The notes: generated by a model not told the origin, from the sequence alone. 64,000 nt of DNA from Schmidtea nova (GCA_044892505.1 CM097882.1:280674001-280738000); one strand, 5' to 3'. Positions 1 to 13,570 are shown, numbered from the stretch's first letter. Numbers and translations are program-made.

Positions 1-349
1 ATAGATTTCACCCTTTCTTCACTTTTGAAATAAAATATCGATTTTGCACTGACAAATCAATATTATCCATAACTTGCATTTAAATTGCCACAAGTTCCAT
101 TTGAAAAAACCTTTAATAGCACAAATTCGGCACTTTGTATGCGGTTCAGAAATCAGACCAAATTATATGGAAATAGATGTATGAAACGTTTAACTGCCTC
201 TTTTCGTTTAATTATATTTTGATATAATAATTATATTATTATTCCGTTAATAAACTAGTAATATTTCAAATAAATAAAAAGAATATTTTCACCAGTATTA
301 TTTGTATTGGTAATTATATATTAAACATCTTTAAAAAAGTTGTATAACA

Positions 350-1369
350 ATGACAGTTCAAATGTGTAAATTAGTAAATGATAGAAAACAAAACGCACGA
401 AAACGCAAAGTAAGATATAATGTAGTGTCCGTTGACATCAAATACAGCCAAAAGGCATATGAAAATGTTTATAACCCAGATAAAAAGAAACCCGTTTCTT
501 TAATAAATCATGGGGTCAACTGTTACATGAATGCTGCTATCCAAAGCATTTTCTCTCCCCTACAAATAATTTACGAAAGAGAGAATAATATGACTATTCC
601 CACTGACTGTGGAGCTTTGACTTTACTAAAGAATATAATGAACTCATATGAAAATGAAGAAAGATTTTCTATTCGAGAATGCATTTCTAAATTTTCAAAG
701 CTCGAGTATTTCGGTAGTCAATTGTCCTGGAATCAACAGGAAGATGCTCATGAGTTTCTGAATAGTTTTCTTGACAAGTTGTCTAAAGAATTAGGGCGGG
801 TGTCGAAATCGTTCAAAATGCCTTTTGAGAGTGCACATGATTCTCGTTTCTATTGCGACAATTGTGGAAAGTCCAATACTTCAGAAGGTTCGAGTCTGGT
901 AAAAGAGAAAGTTCTATTTGTGGATGTTGGAAAGAACATGAATGAAATGGTTGAGAAATCAACAAGTAACAAGGTCAATGGATTTAGTTGTGAAAATTGT
1001 GGAACAAAAGGTACAGCCAGTAACAAAACGGTCTTTTCAGAACTACCAGAATTTTTAATTATTTGCATCAAAAGATTTACCTATGCTTCGTATTATCAAA
1101 ATGCAAAGAATTCAGAAAAAATTGAAATTGAAGAATATATTTCTGTTCCACTTCAACAAAACGACACAGTCAAACAAACACAGTATGAATTAATTTCAAT
1201 AGTAAATCATCACGGAGGGCTTTTTGGGGGGCATTATAATAATTTTTTAAAACATCAGAACGTTTGGTACTCGGCAGACGATGAATCTGTAACTGAGGTT
1301 AGCTTAGATAAGGCCGTGAGCAGTTCTGAATGTTCATGTTATATACAAGTTTATGCAAGGAGAAACTAG
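350..1369 (+). CDS. Ubiquitin-specific protease (peptidase C19), minimal catalytic domain, array copy 1
   Basis: Cys box LINHGVNCYMNAAIQ (C58), QQEDAHEFL box, two CxxC zinc-ribbon pairs (CDNC, CENC), LPEFLIICIKRF, His box HHGGLFGGHY (H295), WYSADD (D310). Basic N-terminal RKQNARKRK. No intron. Confidence 0.95.
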   Translation: MTVQMCKLVNDRKQNARKRKVRYNVVSVDIKYSQKAYENVYNPDKKKPVSLINHGVNCYMNAAIQSIFSPLQIIYERENNMTIPTDCGALTLLKNIMNSYENEERFSIRECISKFSKLEYFGSQLSWNQQEDAHEFLNSFLDKLSKELGRVSKSFKMPFESAHDSRFYCDNCGKSNTSEGSSLVKEKVLFVDVGKNMNEMVEKSTSNKVNGFSCENCGTKGTASNKTVFSELPEFLIICIKRFTYASYYQNAKNSEKIEIEEYISVPLQQNDTVKQTQYELISIVNHHGGLFGGHYNNFLKHQNVWYSADDESVTEVSLDKAVSSSECSCYIQVYARRN

Positions 1370-1962
1370 TGTAATTTATTTTATAATAATTATTAAAATT
1401 ATGGGGTTTGTTTATATTTCAATTTATAATATCGATTTTATTATTGCAATTAATTTGTATGTATTTATCTATAATTTACAAATAATAAATTATAAAAATA
1501 TAATTTTTTCAAATTTATTTAAAGTAAATAATAAAATTAGTAATATTAACGCTGTTTGTATATTAATTATTAAATAAATGCTATTAATTGTATTTGTGTA
1601 AATTGGTTTCAATCTTTGCTTTTTTAACTTTTATTAGTATTTGAGAAATAGTAAATCTTTTCTGCAATTTTTTTATAATTGTTTCTTATTTAAATTGTAC
1701 ACTTTATTCTCTTAAAAATTATATTCACATTTCTAAAGTGCAATAATATTTTTAATCTATTAACAAACGATGAATATTCTAGGCAATGCATTTGATTTGC
1801 TTAAAATATCTGATTTCAACAAATCAAATCATTCGATGAAAAACTATAAATACTGAATACTAACTTCAATTTGTCTTTATTAGTAAACTGAATTTGATTA
1901 AGACGAATAAACTGAAAACTTTGACTAGTGAAATTATATATTATTAATATATAATTTCTATA

Positions 1963-1995
<33 letters not shown>
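1963..1995 (+). repeat. (ATT)n microsatellite in each array unit (representative copy)
   Basis: 11 ATT triplets here. 12 in 2646-bp units and 10 (with one ATA interruption) in 2640-bp units, which accounts for the unit-length differences. Confidence 0.9.
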
Positions 1996-1999
<4 letters not shown>

Positions 2000-2992
2000 T
2001 ATTTAAAAAGAATAATATTTTACTATTATTAATATATAATTATATTTTAACATTTGATTTGTTTAATGGACTTTTTAACTAAATGTTAATATTTTGATTG
2101 AATTATTATACGCATTGCACTAATTATAAATATCAATGAACTCAAAGTGCTTCAAAAGTAAGTAAACTTGGTTAATAGTGACTAGTAATATAATTACTGA
2201 TAGATTCTTGTAGAGGATTTTATGCCGCGTCTGATGATGTGAAAATGAATTCGATAGGCCGTTTCAATTGGTGGAAAAAGTGAAAATTTTGAAAAACAAT
2301 AATTTCGTAATTATTTGCATGTTTTCTTGTAAAGTAGAATATTTCAAGTCAAACAAACTAGGTTTGGGTGAAATCTGTTGAGTAGATTGATGAGAAAATT
2401 AAAAAGAGTTAAAAGTGGTAATAGTCACAAATTTCATAATTCAATTTTCAGGCTTTATGATTTTCATCACAAAACTCGAAATTTGATGAAAAATGATAAA
2501 ATTTAGGAAACAATTTCATTTTATGTTTTTGCACCTTTGTGTGCACCTTAAATTAAATAATATTTAAGAGACTAAATATTTACCCTGAAAATAGTGTGCT
2601 GATAATTTATCATCAAAATACCTAAAATTACTACTAGTAAAACATAGATTTCACCCTTTCTTCACTTTTGAAATAAAATATCGATTTTGCACTGACAAAT
2701 CAATATTATCCATAACTTGCATTTAAATTGCCACAAGTTCCATTTGAAAAAACCTTTAATAGCACAAATTCGGCACTTTGTATGCGGTTCAGAAATCAGA
2801 CCAAATTATATGGAAATAGATGTATGAAACGTTTAACTGCCTCTTTTCGTTTAATTATATTTTGATATAATAATTATATTATTATTCCGTTAATAAACTA
2901 GTAATATTTCAAATAAATAAAAAGAATATTTTCACCAGTATTATTTGTATTGGTAATTATATATTAAACATCTTTAAAAAAGTTGTATAACA

Positions 2993-4012
2993 ATGACAGT
3001 TCAAATGTGTAAATTAGTAAATGATAGAAAACAAAACGCACGAAAACGCAAAGTAAGATATAATGTAGTGTCCGTTGACATCAAATACAGCCAAAAGGCA
3101 TATGAAAATGTTTATAACCCAGATAAAAAGAAACCCGTTTCTTTAATAAATCATGGGGTCAACTGTTACATGAATGCTGCTATCCAAAGCATTTTCTCTC
3201 CCCTACAAATAATTTACGAAAGAGAGAATAATATGACTATTCCCACTGACTGTGGAGCTTTGACTTTACTAAAGAATATAATGAACTCATATGAAAATGA
3301 AGAAAGATTTTCTATTCGAGAATGCATTTCTAAATTTTCAAAGCTCGAGTATTTCGGTAGTCAATTGTCCTGGAATCAACAGGAAGATGCTCATGAGTTT
3401 CTGAATAGTTTTCTTGACAAGTTGTCTAAAGAATTAGGGCGGGTGTCGAAATCGTTCAAAATGCCTTTTGAGAGTGCACATGATTCTCGTTTCTATTGCG
3501 ACAATTGTGGAAAGTCCAATACTTCAGAAGGTTCGAGTCTGGTAAAAGAGAAAGTTCTATTTGTGGATGTTGGAAAGAACATGAATGAAATGGTTGAGAA
3601 ATCAACAAGTAACAAGGTCAATGGATTTAGTTGTGAAAATTGTGGAACAAAAGGTACAGCCAGTAACAAAACGGTCTTTTCAGAACTACCAGAATTTTTA
3701 ATTATTTGCATCAAAAGATTTACCTATGCTTCGTATTATCAAAATGCAAAGAATTCAGAAAAAATTGAAATTGAAGAATATATTTCTGTTCCACTTCAAC
3801 AAAACGACACAGTCAAACAAACACAGTATGAATTAATTTCAATAGTAAATCATCACGGAGGGCTTTTTGGGGGGCATTATAATAATTTTTTAAAACATCA
3901 GAACGTTTGGTACTCGGCAGACGATGAATCTGTAACTGAGGTTAGCTTAGATAAGGCCGTGAGCAGTTCTGAATGTTCATGTTATATACAAGTTTATGCA
4001 AGGAGAAACTAG
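2993..4012 (+). CDS. USP deubiquitinase, array copy 2
   Basis: Protein identical to copy 1. Confidence 0.95.
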   Translation: MTVQMCKLVNDRKQNARKRKVRYNVVSVDIKYSQKAYENVYNPDKKKPVSLINHGVNCYMNAAIQSIFSPLQIIYERENNMTIPTDCGALTLLKNIMNSYENEERFSIRECISKFSKLEYFGSQLSWNQQEDAHEFLNSFLDKLSKELGRVSKSFKMPFESAHDSRFYCDNCGKSNTSEGSSLVKEKVLFVDVGKNMNEMVEKSTSNKVNGFSCENCGTKGTASNKTVFSELPEFLIICIKRFTYASYYQNAKNSEKIEIEEYISVPLQQNDTVKQTQYELISIVNHHGGLFGGHYNNFLKHQNVWYSADDESVTEVSLDKAVSSSECSCYIQVYARRN

Positions 4013-4605
4013 TGTAATTTATTTTATAATAATTATTAAAATTATGGGGTTTGTTTATATTTCAATTTATAATATCGATTTTATTATTGCAATTAATTTG
4101 TATGTATTTATCTATAATTTACAAATAATAAATTATAAAAATATAATTTTTTCAAATTTATTTAAAGTAAATAATAAAATTAGTAATATTAACGCTGTTT
4201 GTATATTAATTATTAAATAAATGCTATTAATTGTATTTGTGTAAATTGGTTTCAATCTTTGCTTTTTTAACTTTTATTAGTATTTGAGAAATAGTAAATC
4301 TTTTCTGCAATTTTTTTATAATTGTTTCTTATTTAAATTGTACACTTTATTCTCTTAAAAATTATATTCACATTTCTAAAGTGCAATAATATTTTTAATC
4401 TATTAACAAACGATGAATATTCTAGGCAATGCATTTGATTTGCTTAAAATATCTGATTTCAACAAATCAAATCATTCGATGAAAAACTATAAATACTGAA
4501 TACTAACTTCAATTTGTCTTTATTAGTAAACTGAATTTGATTAAGACGAATAAACTGAAAACTTTGACTAGTGAAATTATATATTATTAATATATAATTT
4601 CTATA

Positions 4606-4645
<40 letters not shown>

Positions 4646-5638
4646 TATTTAAAAAGAATAATATTTTACTATTATTAATATATAATTATATTTTAACATT
4701 TGATTTGTTTAATGGACTTTTTAACTAAATGTTAATATTTTGATTGAATTATTATACGCATTGCACTAATTATAAATATCAATGAACTCAAAGTGCTTCA
4801 AAAGTAAGTAAACTTGGTTAATAGTGACTAGTAATATAATTACTGATAGATTCTTGTAGAGGATTTTATGCCGCGTCTGATGATGTGAAAATGAATTCGA
4901 TAGGCCGTTTCAATTGGTGGAAAAAGTGAAAATTTTGAAAAACAATAATTTCGTAATTATTTGCATGTTTTCTTGTAAAGTAGAATATTTCAAGTCAAAC
5001 AAACTAGGTTTGGGTGAAATCTGTTGAGTAGATTGATGAGAAAATTAAAAAGAGTTAAAAGTGGTAATAGTCACAAATTTCATAATTCAATTTTCAGGCT
5101 TTATGATTTTCATCACAAAACTCGAAATTTGATGAAAAATGATAAAATTTAGGAAACAATTTCATTTTATGTTTTTGCACCTTTGTGTGCACCTTAAATT
5201 AAATAATATTTAAGAGACTAAATATTTACCCTGAAAATAGTGTGCTGATAATTTATCATCAAAATACCTAAAATTACTACTAGTAAAACATAGATTTCAC
5301 CCTTTCTTCACTTTTGAAATAAAATATCGATTTTGCACTGACAAATCAATATTATCCATAACTTGCATTTAAATTGCCACAAGTTCCATTTGAAAAAACC
5401 TTTAATAGCACAAATTCGGCACTTTGTATGCGGTTCAGAAATCAGACCAAATTATATGGAAATAGATGTATGAAACGTTTAACTGCCTCTTTTCGTTTAA
5501 TTATATTTTGATATAATAATTATATTATTATTCCGTTAATAAACTAGTAATATTTCAAATAAATAAAAAGAATATTTTCACCAGTATTATTTGTATTGGT
5601 AATTATATATTAAACATCTTTAAAAAAGTTGTATAACA

Positions 5639-6658
5639 ATGACAGTTCAAATGTGTAAATTAGTAAATGATAGAAAACAAAACGCACGAAAACGCAAAGT
5701 AAGATATAATGTAGTGTCCGTTGACATCAAATACAGCCAAAAGGCATATGAAAATGTTTATAACCCAGATAAAAAGAAACCCGTTTCTTTAATAAATCAT
5801 GGGGTCAACTGTTACATGAATGCTGCTATCCAAAGCATTTTCTCTCCCCTACAAATAATTTACGAAAGAGAGAATAATATGACTATTCCCACTGACTGTG
5901 GAGCTTTGACTTTACTAAAGAATATAATGAACTCATATGAAAATGAAGAAAGATTTTCTATTCGAGAATGCATTTCTAAATTTTCAAAGCTCGAGTATTT
6001 CGGTAGTCAATTGTCCTGGAATCAACAGGAAGATGCTCATGAGTTTCTGAATAGTTTTCTTGACAAGTTGTCTAAAGAATTAGGGCGGGTGTCGAAATCG
6101 TTCAAAATGCCTTTTGAGAGTGCACATGATTCTCGTTTCTATTGCGACAATTGTGGAAAGTCCAATACTTCAGAAGGTTCGAGTCTGGTAAAAGAGAAAG
6201 TTCTATTTGTGGATGTTGGAAAGAACATGAATGAAATGGTTGAGAAATCAACAAGTAACAAGGTCAATGGATTTAGTTGTGAAAATTGTGGAACAAAAGG
6301 TACAGCCAGTAACAAAACGGTCTTTTCAGAACTACCAGAATTTTTAATTATTTGCATCAAAAGATTTACCTATGCTTCGTATTATCAAAATGCAAAGAAT
6401 TCAGAAAAAATTGAAATTGAAGAATATATTTCTGTTCCACTTCAACAAAACGACACAGTCAAACAAACACAGTATGAATTAATTTCAATAGTAAATCATC
6501 ACGGAGGGCTTTTTGGGGGGCATTATAATAATTTTTTAAAACATCAGAACGTTTGGTACTTGGCAGACGATGAATCTGTAACTGAGGTTAGCTTAGATAA
6601 GGCCGTGAGCAGTTCTGAATGTTCATGTTATATACAAGTTTATGCAAGGAGAAACTAG
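5639..6658 (+). CDS. USP deubiquitinase, array copy 3 (S308L variant)
   Basis: As copy 1 except TCG>TTG at 6561 (WYLADD). Confidence 0.95.
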   Translation: MTVQMCKLVNDRKQNARKRKVRYNVVSVDIKYSQKAYENVYNPDKKKPVSLINHGVNCYMNAAIQSIFSPLQIIYERENNMTIPTDCGALTLLKNIMNSYENEERFSIRECISKFSKLEYFGSQLSWNQQEDAHEFLNSFLDKLSKELGRVSKSFKMPFESAHDSRFYCDNCGKSNTSEGSSLVKEKVLFVDVGKNMNEMVEKSTSNKVNGFSCENCGTKGTASNKTVFSELPEFLIICIKRFTYASYYQNAKNSEKIEIEEYISVPLQQNDTVKQTQYELISIVNHHGGLFGGHYNNFLKHQNVWYLADDESVTEVSLDKAVSSSECSCYIQVYARRN

Positions 6659-7251
6659 TGTAATTTATTTTATAATAATTATTAAAATTATGGGGTTTGT
6701 TTATATTTCAATTTATAATATCGATTTTATTATTGCAATTAATTTGTATGTATTTATCTATAATTTACAAATAATAAATTATAAAAATATAATTTTTTCA
6801 AATTTATTTAAAGTAAATAATAAAATTAGTAATATTAACGCTGTTTGTATATTAATTATTAAATAAATGCTATTAATTGTATTTGTGTAAATTGGTTTCA
6901 ATCTTTGCTTTTTTAACTTTTATTAGTATTTGAGAAATAGTAAATCTTTTCTGCAATTTTTTTATAATTGTTTCTTATTTAAATTGTACACTTTATTCTC
7001 TTAAAAATTATATTCACATTTCTAAAGTGCAATAATATTTTTAATCTATTAACAAACGATGAATATTCTAGGCAATGCATTTGATTTGCTTAAAATATCT
7101 GATTTCAACAAATCAAATCATTCGATGAAAAACTATAAATACTGAATACTAACTTCAATTTGTCTTTATTAGTAAACTGAATTTGATTAAGACGAATAAA
7201 CTGAAAACTTTGACTAGTGAAATTATATATTATTAATATATAATTTCTATA

Positions 7252-7288
<37 letters not shown>

Positions 7289-8281
7289 TATTTAAAAAGA
7301 ATAATATTTTACTATTATTAATATATAATTATATTTTAACATTTGATTTGTTTAATGGACTTTTTAACTAAATGTTAATATTTTGATTGAATTATTATAC
7401 GCATTGCACTAATTATAAATATCAATGAACTCAAAGTGCTTCAAAAGTAAGTAAACTTGGTTAATAGTGACTAGTAATATAATTACTGATAGATTCTTGT
7501 AGAGGATTTTATGCCGCGTCTGATGATGTGAAAATGAATTCGATAGGCCGTTTCAATTGGTGGAAAAAGTGAAAATTTTGAAAAACAATAATTTCGTAAT
7601 TATTTGCATGTTTTCTTGTAAAGTAGAATATTTCAAGTCAAACAAACTAGGTTTGGGTGAAATCTGTTGAGTAGATTGATGAGAAAATTAAAAAGAGTTA
7701 AAAGTGGTAATAGTCACAAATTTCATAATTCAATTTTCAGGCTTTATGATTTTCATCACAAAACTCGAAATTTGATGAAAAATGATAAAATTTAGGAAAC
7801 AATTTCATTTTATGTTTTTGCACCTTTGTGTGCACCTTAAATTAAATAATATTTAAGAGACTAAATATTTACCCTGAAAATAGTGTGCTGATAATTTATC
7901 ATCAAAATACCTAAAATTACTACTAGTAAAACATAGATTTCACCCTTTCTTCACTTTTGAAATAAAATATCGATTTTGCACTGACAAATCAATATTATCC
8001 ATAACTTGCATTTAAATTGCCACAAGTTCCATTTGAAAAAACGTTTAATAGCACAAATTCGGCACTTTGTATGCGGTTCAGAAATCAGACCAAATTATAT
8101 GGAAATAGATGTATGAAACGTTTAACTGCCTCTTTTCGTTTAATTATATTTTGATATAATAATTATATTATTATTCCGTTAATAAACTAGTAATATTTCA
8201 AATAAATAAAAAGAATATTTTCACCAGTATTATTTGTATTGGTAATTATATATTAAACATCTTTAAAAAAGTTGTATAACA

Positions 8282-9301
8282 ATGACAGTTCAAATGTGTA
8301 AATTAGTAAATGATAGAAAACAAAACGCACGAAAACGCAAAGTAAGATATAATGTAGTGTCCGTTGACATCAAATACAGCCAAAAGGCATATGAAAATGT
8401 TTATAACCCAGATAAAAAGAAACCCGTTTCTTTAATAAATCATGGGGTCAACTGTTACATGAATGCTGCTATCCAAAGCATTTTCTCTCCCCTACAAATA
8501 ATTTACGAAAGAGAGAATAATATGACTATTCCCACTGACTGTGGAGCTTTGACTTTACTAAAGAATATAATGAACTCATATGAAAATGAAGAAAGATTTT
8601 CTATTCGAGAATGCATTTCTAAATTTTCAAAGCTCGAGTATTTCGGTAGTCAATTGTCCTGGAATCAACAGGAAGATGCTCATGAGTTTCTGAATAGTTT
8701 TCTTGACAAGTTGTCTAAAGAATTAGGGCGGGTGTCGAAATCGTTCAAAATGCCTTTTGAGAGTGCACATGATTCTCGTTTCTATTGCGACAATTGTGGA
8801 AAGTCCAATACTTCAGAAGGTTCGAGTCTGGTAAAAGAGAAAGTTCTATTTGTGGATGTTGGAAAGAACATGAATGAAATGGTTGAGAAATCAACAAGTA
8901 ACAAGGTCAATGGATTTAGTTGTGAAAATTGTGGAACAAAAGGTACAGCCAGTAACAAAACGGTCTTTTCAGAACTACCAGAATTTTTAATTATTTGCAT
9001 CAAAAGATTTACCTATGCTTCGTATTATCAAAATGCAAAGAATTCAGAAAAAATTGAAATTGAAGAATATATTTCTGTTCCACTTCAACAAAACGACACA
9101 GTCAAACAAACACAGTATGAATTAATTTCAATAGTAAATCATCACGGAGGGCTTTTTGGGGGGCATTATAATAATTTTTTAAAACATCAGAACGTTTGGT
9201 ACTCGGCAGACGATGAATCTGTAACTGAGGTTAGCTTAGATAAGGCCGTGAGCAGTTCTGAATGTTCATGTTATATACAAGTTTATGCAAGGAGAAACTA
9301 G
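8282..9301 (+). CDS. USP deubiquitinase, array copy 4
   Basis: Protein identical to copy 1. Confidence 0.95.
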   Translation: MTVQMCKLVNDRKQNARKRKVRYNVVSVDIKYSQKAYENVYNPDKKKPVSLINHGVNCYMNAAIQSIFSPLQIIYERENNMTIPTDCGALTLLKNIMNSYENEERFSIRECISKFSKLEYFGSQLSWNQQEDAHEFLNSFLDKLSKELGRVSKSFKMPFESAHDSRFYCDNCGKSNTSEGSSLVKEKVLFVDVGKNMNEMVEKSTSNKVNGFSCENCGTKGTASNKTVFSELPEFLIICIKRFTYASYYQNAKNSEKIEIEEYISVPLQQNDTVKQTQYELISIVNHHGGLFGGHYNNFLKHQNVWYSADDESVTEVSLDKAVSSSECSCYIQVYARRN

Positions 9302-9894
9302 TGTAATTTATTTTATAATAATTATTAAAATTATGGGGTTTGTTTATATTTCAATTTATAATATCGATTTTATTATTGCAATTAATTTGTATGTATTTAT
9401 CTATAATTTACAAATAATAAATTATAAAAATATAATTTTTTCAAATTTATTTAAAGTAAATAATAAAATTAGTAATATTAACGCTGTTTGTATATTAATT
9501 ATTAAATAAATGCTATTAATTGTATTTGTGTAAATTGGTTTCAATCTTTGCTTTTTTAACTTTTATTAGTATTTGAGAAATAGTAAATCTTTTCTGCAAT
9601 TTTTTTATAATTGTTTCTTATTTAAATTGTACACTTTATTCTCTTAAAAATTATATTCACATTTCTAAAGTGCAATAATATTTTTAATCTATTAACAAAC
9701 GATGAATATTCTAGGCAATGCATTTGATTTGCTTAAAATATCTGATTTCAACAAATCAAATCATTCGATGAAAAACTATAAATACTGAATACTAACTTCA
9801 ATTTGTCTTTATTAGTAAACTGAATTTGATTAAGACGAATAAACTGAAAACTTTGACTAGTGAAATTATATATTATTAATATATAATTTCTATA

Positions 9895-9931
<37 letters not shown>

Positions 9932-10924
9932 TATTTAAAAAGAATAATATTTTACTATTATTAATATATAATTATATTTTAACATTTGATTTGTTTAATG
10001 GACTTTTTAACTAAATGTTAATATTTTGATTGAATTATTATACGCATTGCACTAATTATAAATATCAATGAACTCAAAGTGCTTCAAAAGTAAGTAAACT
10101 TGGTTAATAGTGACTAGTAATATAATTACTGATAGATTCTTGTAGAGGATTTTATGCCGCGTCTGATGATGTGAAAATGAATTCGATAGGCCGTTTCAAT
10201 TGGTGGAAAAAGTGAAAATTTTGAAAAACAATAATTTCGTAATTATTTGCATGTTTTCTTGTAAAGTAGAATATTTCAAGTCAAACAAACTAGGTTTGGG
10301 TGAAATCTGTTGAGTAGATTGATGAGAAAATTAAAAAGAGTTAAAAGTGGTAATAGTCACAAATTTCATAATTCAATTTTCAGGCTTTATGATTTTCATC
10401 ACAAAACTCGAAATTTGATGAAAAATGATAAAATTTAGGAAACAATTTCATTTTATGTTTTTGCACCTTTGTGTGCACCTTAAATTAAATAATATTTAAG
10501 AGACTAAATATTTACCCTGAAAATAGTGTGCTGATAATTTATCATCAAAATACCTAAAATTACTACTAGTAAAACATAGATTTCACCCTTTCTTCACTTT
10601 TGAAATAAAATATCGATTTTGCACTGACAAATCAATATTATCCATAACTTGCATTTAAATTGCCACAAGTTCCATTTGAAAAAACCTTTAATAGCACAAA
10701 TTCGGCACTTTGTATGCGGTTCAGAAATCAGACCAAATTATATGGAAATAGATGTATGAAACGTTTAACTGCCTCTTTTCGTTTAATTATATTTTGATAT
10801 AATAATTATATTATTATTCCGTTAATAAACTAGTAATATTTCAAATAAATAAAAAGAATATTTTCACCAGTATTATTTGTATTGGTAATTATATATTAAA
10901 CATCTTTAAAAAAGTTGTATAACA

Positions 10925-11944
10925 ATGACAGTTCAAATGTGTAAATTAGTAAATGATAGAAAACAAAACGCACGAAAACGCAAAGTAAGATATAATGTAG
11001 TGTCCGTTGACATCAAATACAGCCAAAAGGCATATGAAAATGTTTATAACCCAGATAAAAAGAAACCCGTTTCTTTAATAAATCATGGGGTCAACTGTTA
11101 CATGAATGCTGCTATCCAAAGCATTTTCTCTCCCCTACAAATAATTTACGAAAGAGAGAATAATATGACTATTCCCACTGACTGTGGAGCTTTGACTTTA
11201 CTAAAGAATATAATGAACTCATATGAAAATGAAGAAAGATTTTCTATTCGAGAATGCATTTCTAAATTTTCAAAGCTCGAGTATTTCGGTAGTCAATTGT
11301 CCTGGAATCAACAGGAAGATGCTCATGAGTTTCTGAATAGTTTTCTTGACAAGTTGTCTAAAGAATTAGGGCGGGTGTCGAAATCGTTCAAAATGCCTTT
11401 TGAGAGTGCACATGATTCTCGTTTCTATTGCGACAATTGTGGAAAGTCCAATACTTCAGAAGGTTCGAGTCTGGTAAAAGAGAAAGTTCTATTTGTGGAT
11501 GTTGGAAAGAACATGAATGAAATGGTTGAGAAATCAACAAGTAACAAGGTCAATGGATTTAGTTGTGAAAATTGTGGAACAAAAGGTACAGCCAGTAACA
11601 AAACGGTCTTTTCAGAACTACCAGAATTTTTAATTATTTGCATCAAAAGATTTACCTATGCTTCGTATTATCAAAATGCAAAGAATTCAGAAAAAATTGA
11701 AATTGAAGAATATATTTCTGTTCCACTTCAACAAAACGACACAGTCAAACAAACACAGTATGAATTAATTTCAATAGTAAATCATCACGGAGGGCTTTTT
11801 GGGGGGCATTATAATAATTTTTTAAAACATCAGAACGTTTGGTACTCGGCAGACGATGAATCTGTAACTGAGGTTAGCTTAGATAAGGCCGTGAGCAGTT
11901 CTGAATGTTCATGTTATATACAAGTTTATGCAAGGAGAAACTAG
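10925..11944 (+). CDS. USP deubiquitinase, array copy 5
   Basis: Protein identical to copy 1. Confidence 0.95.
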   Translation: MTVQMCKLVNDRKQNARKRKVRYNVVSVDIKYSQKAYENVYNPDKKKPVSLINHGVNCYMNAAIQSIFSPLQIIYERENNMTIPTDCGALTLLKNIMNSYENEERFSIRECISKFSKLEYFGSQLSWNQQEDAHEFLNSFLDKLSKELGRVSKSFKMPFESAHDSRFYCDNCGKSNTSEGSSLVKEKVLFVDVGKNMNEMVEKSTSNKVNGFSCENCGTKGTASNKTVFSELPEFLIICIKRFTYASYYQNAKNSEKIEIEEYISVPLQQNDTVKQTQYELISIVNHHGGLFGGHYNNFLKHQNVWYSADDESVTEVSLDKAVSSSECSCYIQVYARRN

Positions 11945-12537
11945 TGTAATTTATTTTATAATAATTATTAAAATTATGGGGTTTGTTTATATTTCAATTT
12001 ATAATATCGATTTTATTATTGCAATTAATTTGTATGTATTTATCTATAATTTACAAATAATAAATTATAAAAATATAATTTTTTCAAATTTATTTAAAGT
12101 AAATAATAAAATTAGTAATATTAACGCTGTTTGTATATTAATTATTAAATAAATGCTATTAATTGTATTTGTGTAAATTGGTTTCAATCTTTGCTTTTTT
12201 AACTTTTATTAGTATTTGAGAAATAGTAAATCTTTTCTGCAATTTTTTTATAATTGTTTCTTATTTAAATTGTACACTTTATTCTCTTAAAAATTATATT
12301 CACATTTCTAAAGTGCAATAATATTTTTAATCTATTAACAAACGATGAATATTCTAGGCAATGCATTTGATTTGCTTAAAATATCTGATTTCAACAAATC
12401 AAATCATTCGATGAAAAACTATAAATACTGAATACTAACTTCAATTTGTCTTTATTAGTAAACTGAATTTGATTAAGACGAATAAACTGAAAACTTTGAC
12501 TAGTGAAATTATATATTATTAATATATAATTTCTATA

Positions 12538-12577
<40 letters not shown>

Positions 12578-13570
12578 TATTTAAAAAGAATAATATTTTA
12601 CTATTATTAATATATAATTATATTTTAACATTTGATTTGTTTAATGGACTTTTTAACTAAATGTTAATATTTTGATTGAATTATTATACGCATTGCACTA
12701 ATTATAAATATCAATGAACTCAAAGTGCTTCAAAAGTAAGTAAACTTGGTTAATAGTGACTAGTAATATAATTACTGATAGATTCTTGTAGAGGATTTTA
12801 TGCCGCGTCTGATGATGTGAAAATGAATTCGATAGGCCGTTTCAATTGGTGGAAAAAGTGAAAATTTTGAAAAACAATAATTTCGTAATTATTTGCATGT
12901 TTTCTTGTAAAGTAGAATATTTCAAGTCAAACAAACTAGGTTTGGGTGAAATCTGTTGAGTAGATTGATGAGAAAATTAAAAAGAGTTAAAAGTGGTAAT
13001 AGTCACAAATTTCATAATTCAATTTTCAGGCTTTATGATTTTCATCACAAAACTCGAAATTTGATGAAAAATGATAAAATTTAGGAAACAATTTCATTTT
13101 ATGTTTTTGCACCTTTGTGTGCACCTTAAATTAAATAATATTTAAGAGACTAAATATTTACCCTGAAAATAGTGTGCTGATAATTTATCATCAAAATACC
13201 TAAAATTACTACTAGTAAAACATAGATTTCACCCTTTCTTCACTTTTGAAATAAAATATCGATTTTGCACTGACAAATCAATATTATCCATAACTTGCAT
13301 TTAAATTGCCACAAGTTCCATTTGAAAAAACCTTTAATAGCACAAATTCGGCACTTTGTATGCGGTTCAGAAATCAGACCAAATTATATGGAAATAGATG
13401 TATGAAACGTTTAACTGCCTCTTTTCGTTTAATTATATTTTGATATAATAATTATATTATTATTCCGTTAATAAACTAGTAATATTTCAAATAAATAAAA
13501 AGAATATTTTCACCAGTATTATTTGTATTGGTAATTATATATTAAACATCTTTAAAAAAGTTGTATAACA

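Noticed and set aside
850-1071. 73-aa minus-strand ORF repeated in every unit
   Set aside because: Entirely antisense to the USP coding region with no recognisable motif; its recurrence only reflects the array.
1353-1577. 74-aa Ile/Asn/Tyr-rich ORF overlapping the USP stop in every unit
   Set aside because: Composition is that of translated AT-rich 3' UTR; no motif.
2230-2300. TGATGA resembling a C/D snoRNA box C
   Set aside because: No suitably placed D box with terminal stem could be identified.
2366-2656. GGGTGAAATCT / AGATTTCACCC 11-bp inverted pair in the spacer, possible MITE relic
   Set aside because: Similarity decays immediately on both sides and no TSD is evident.
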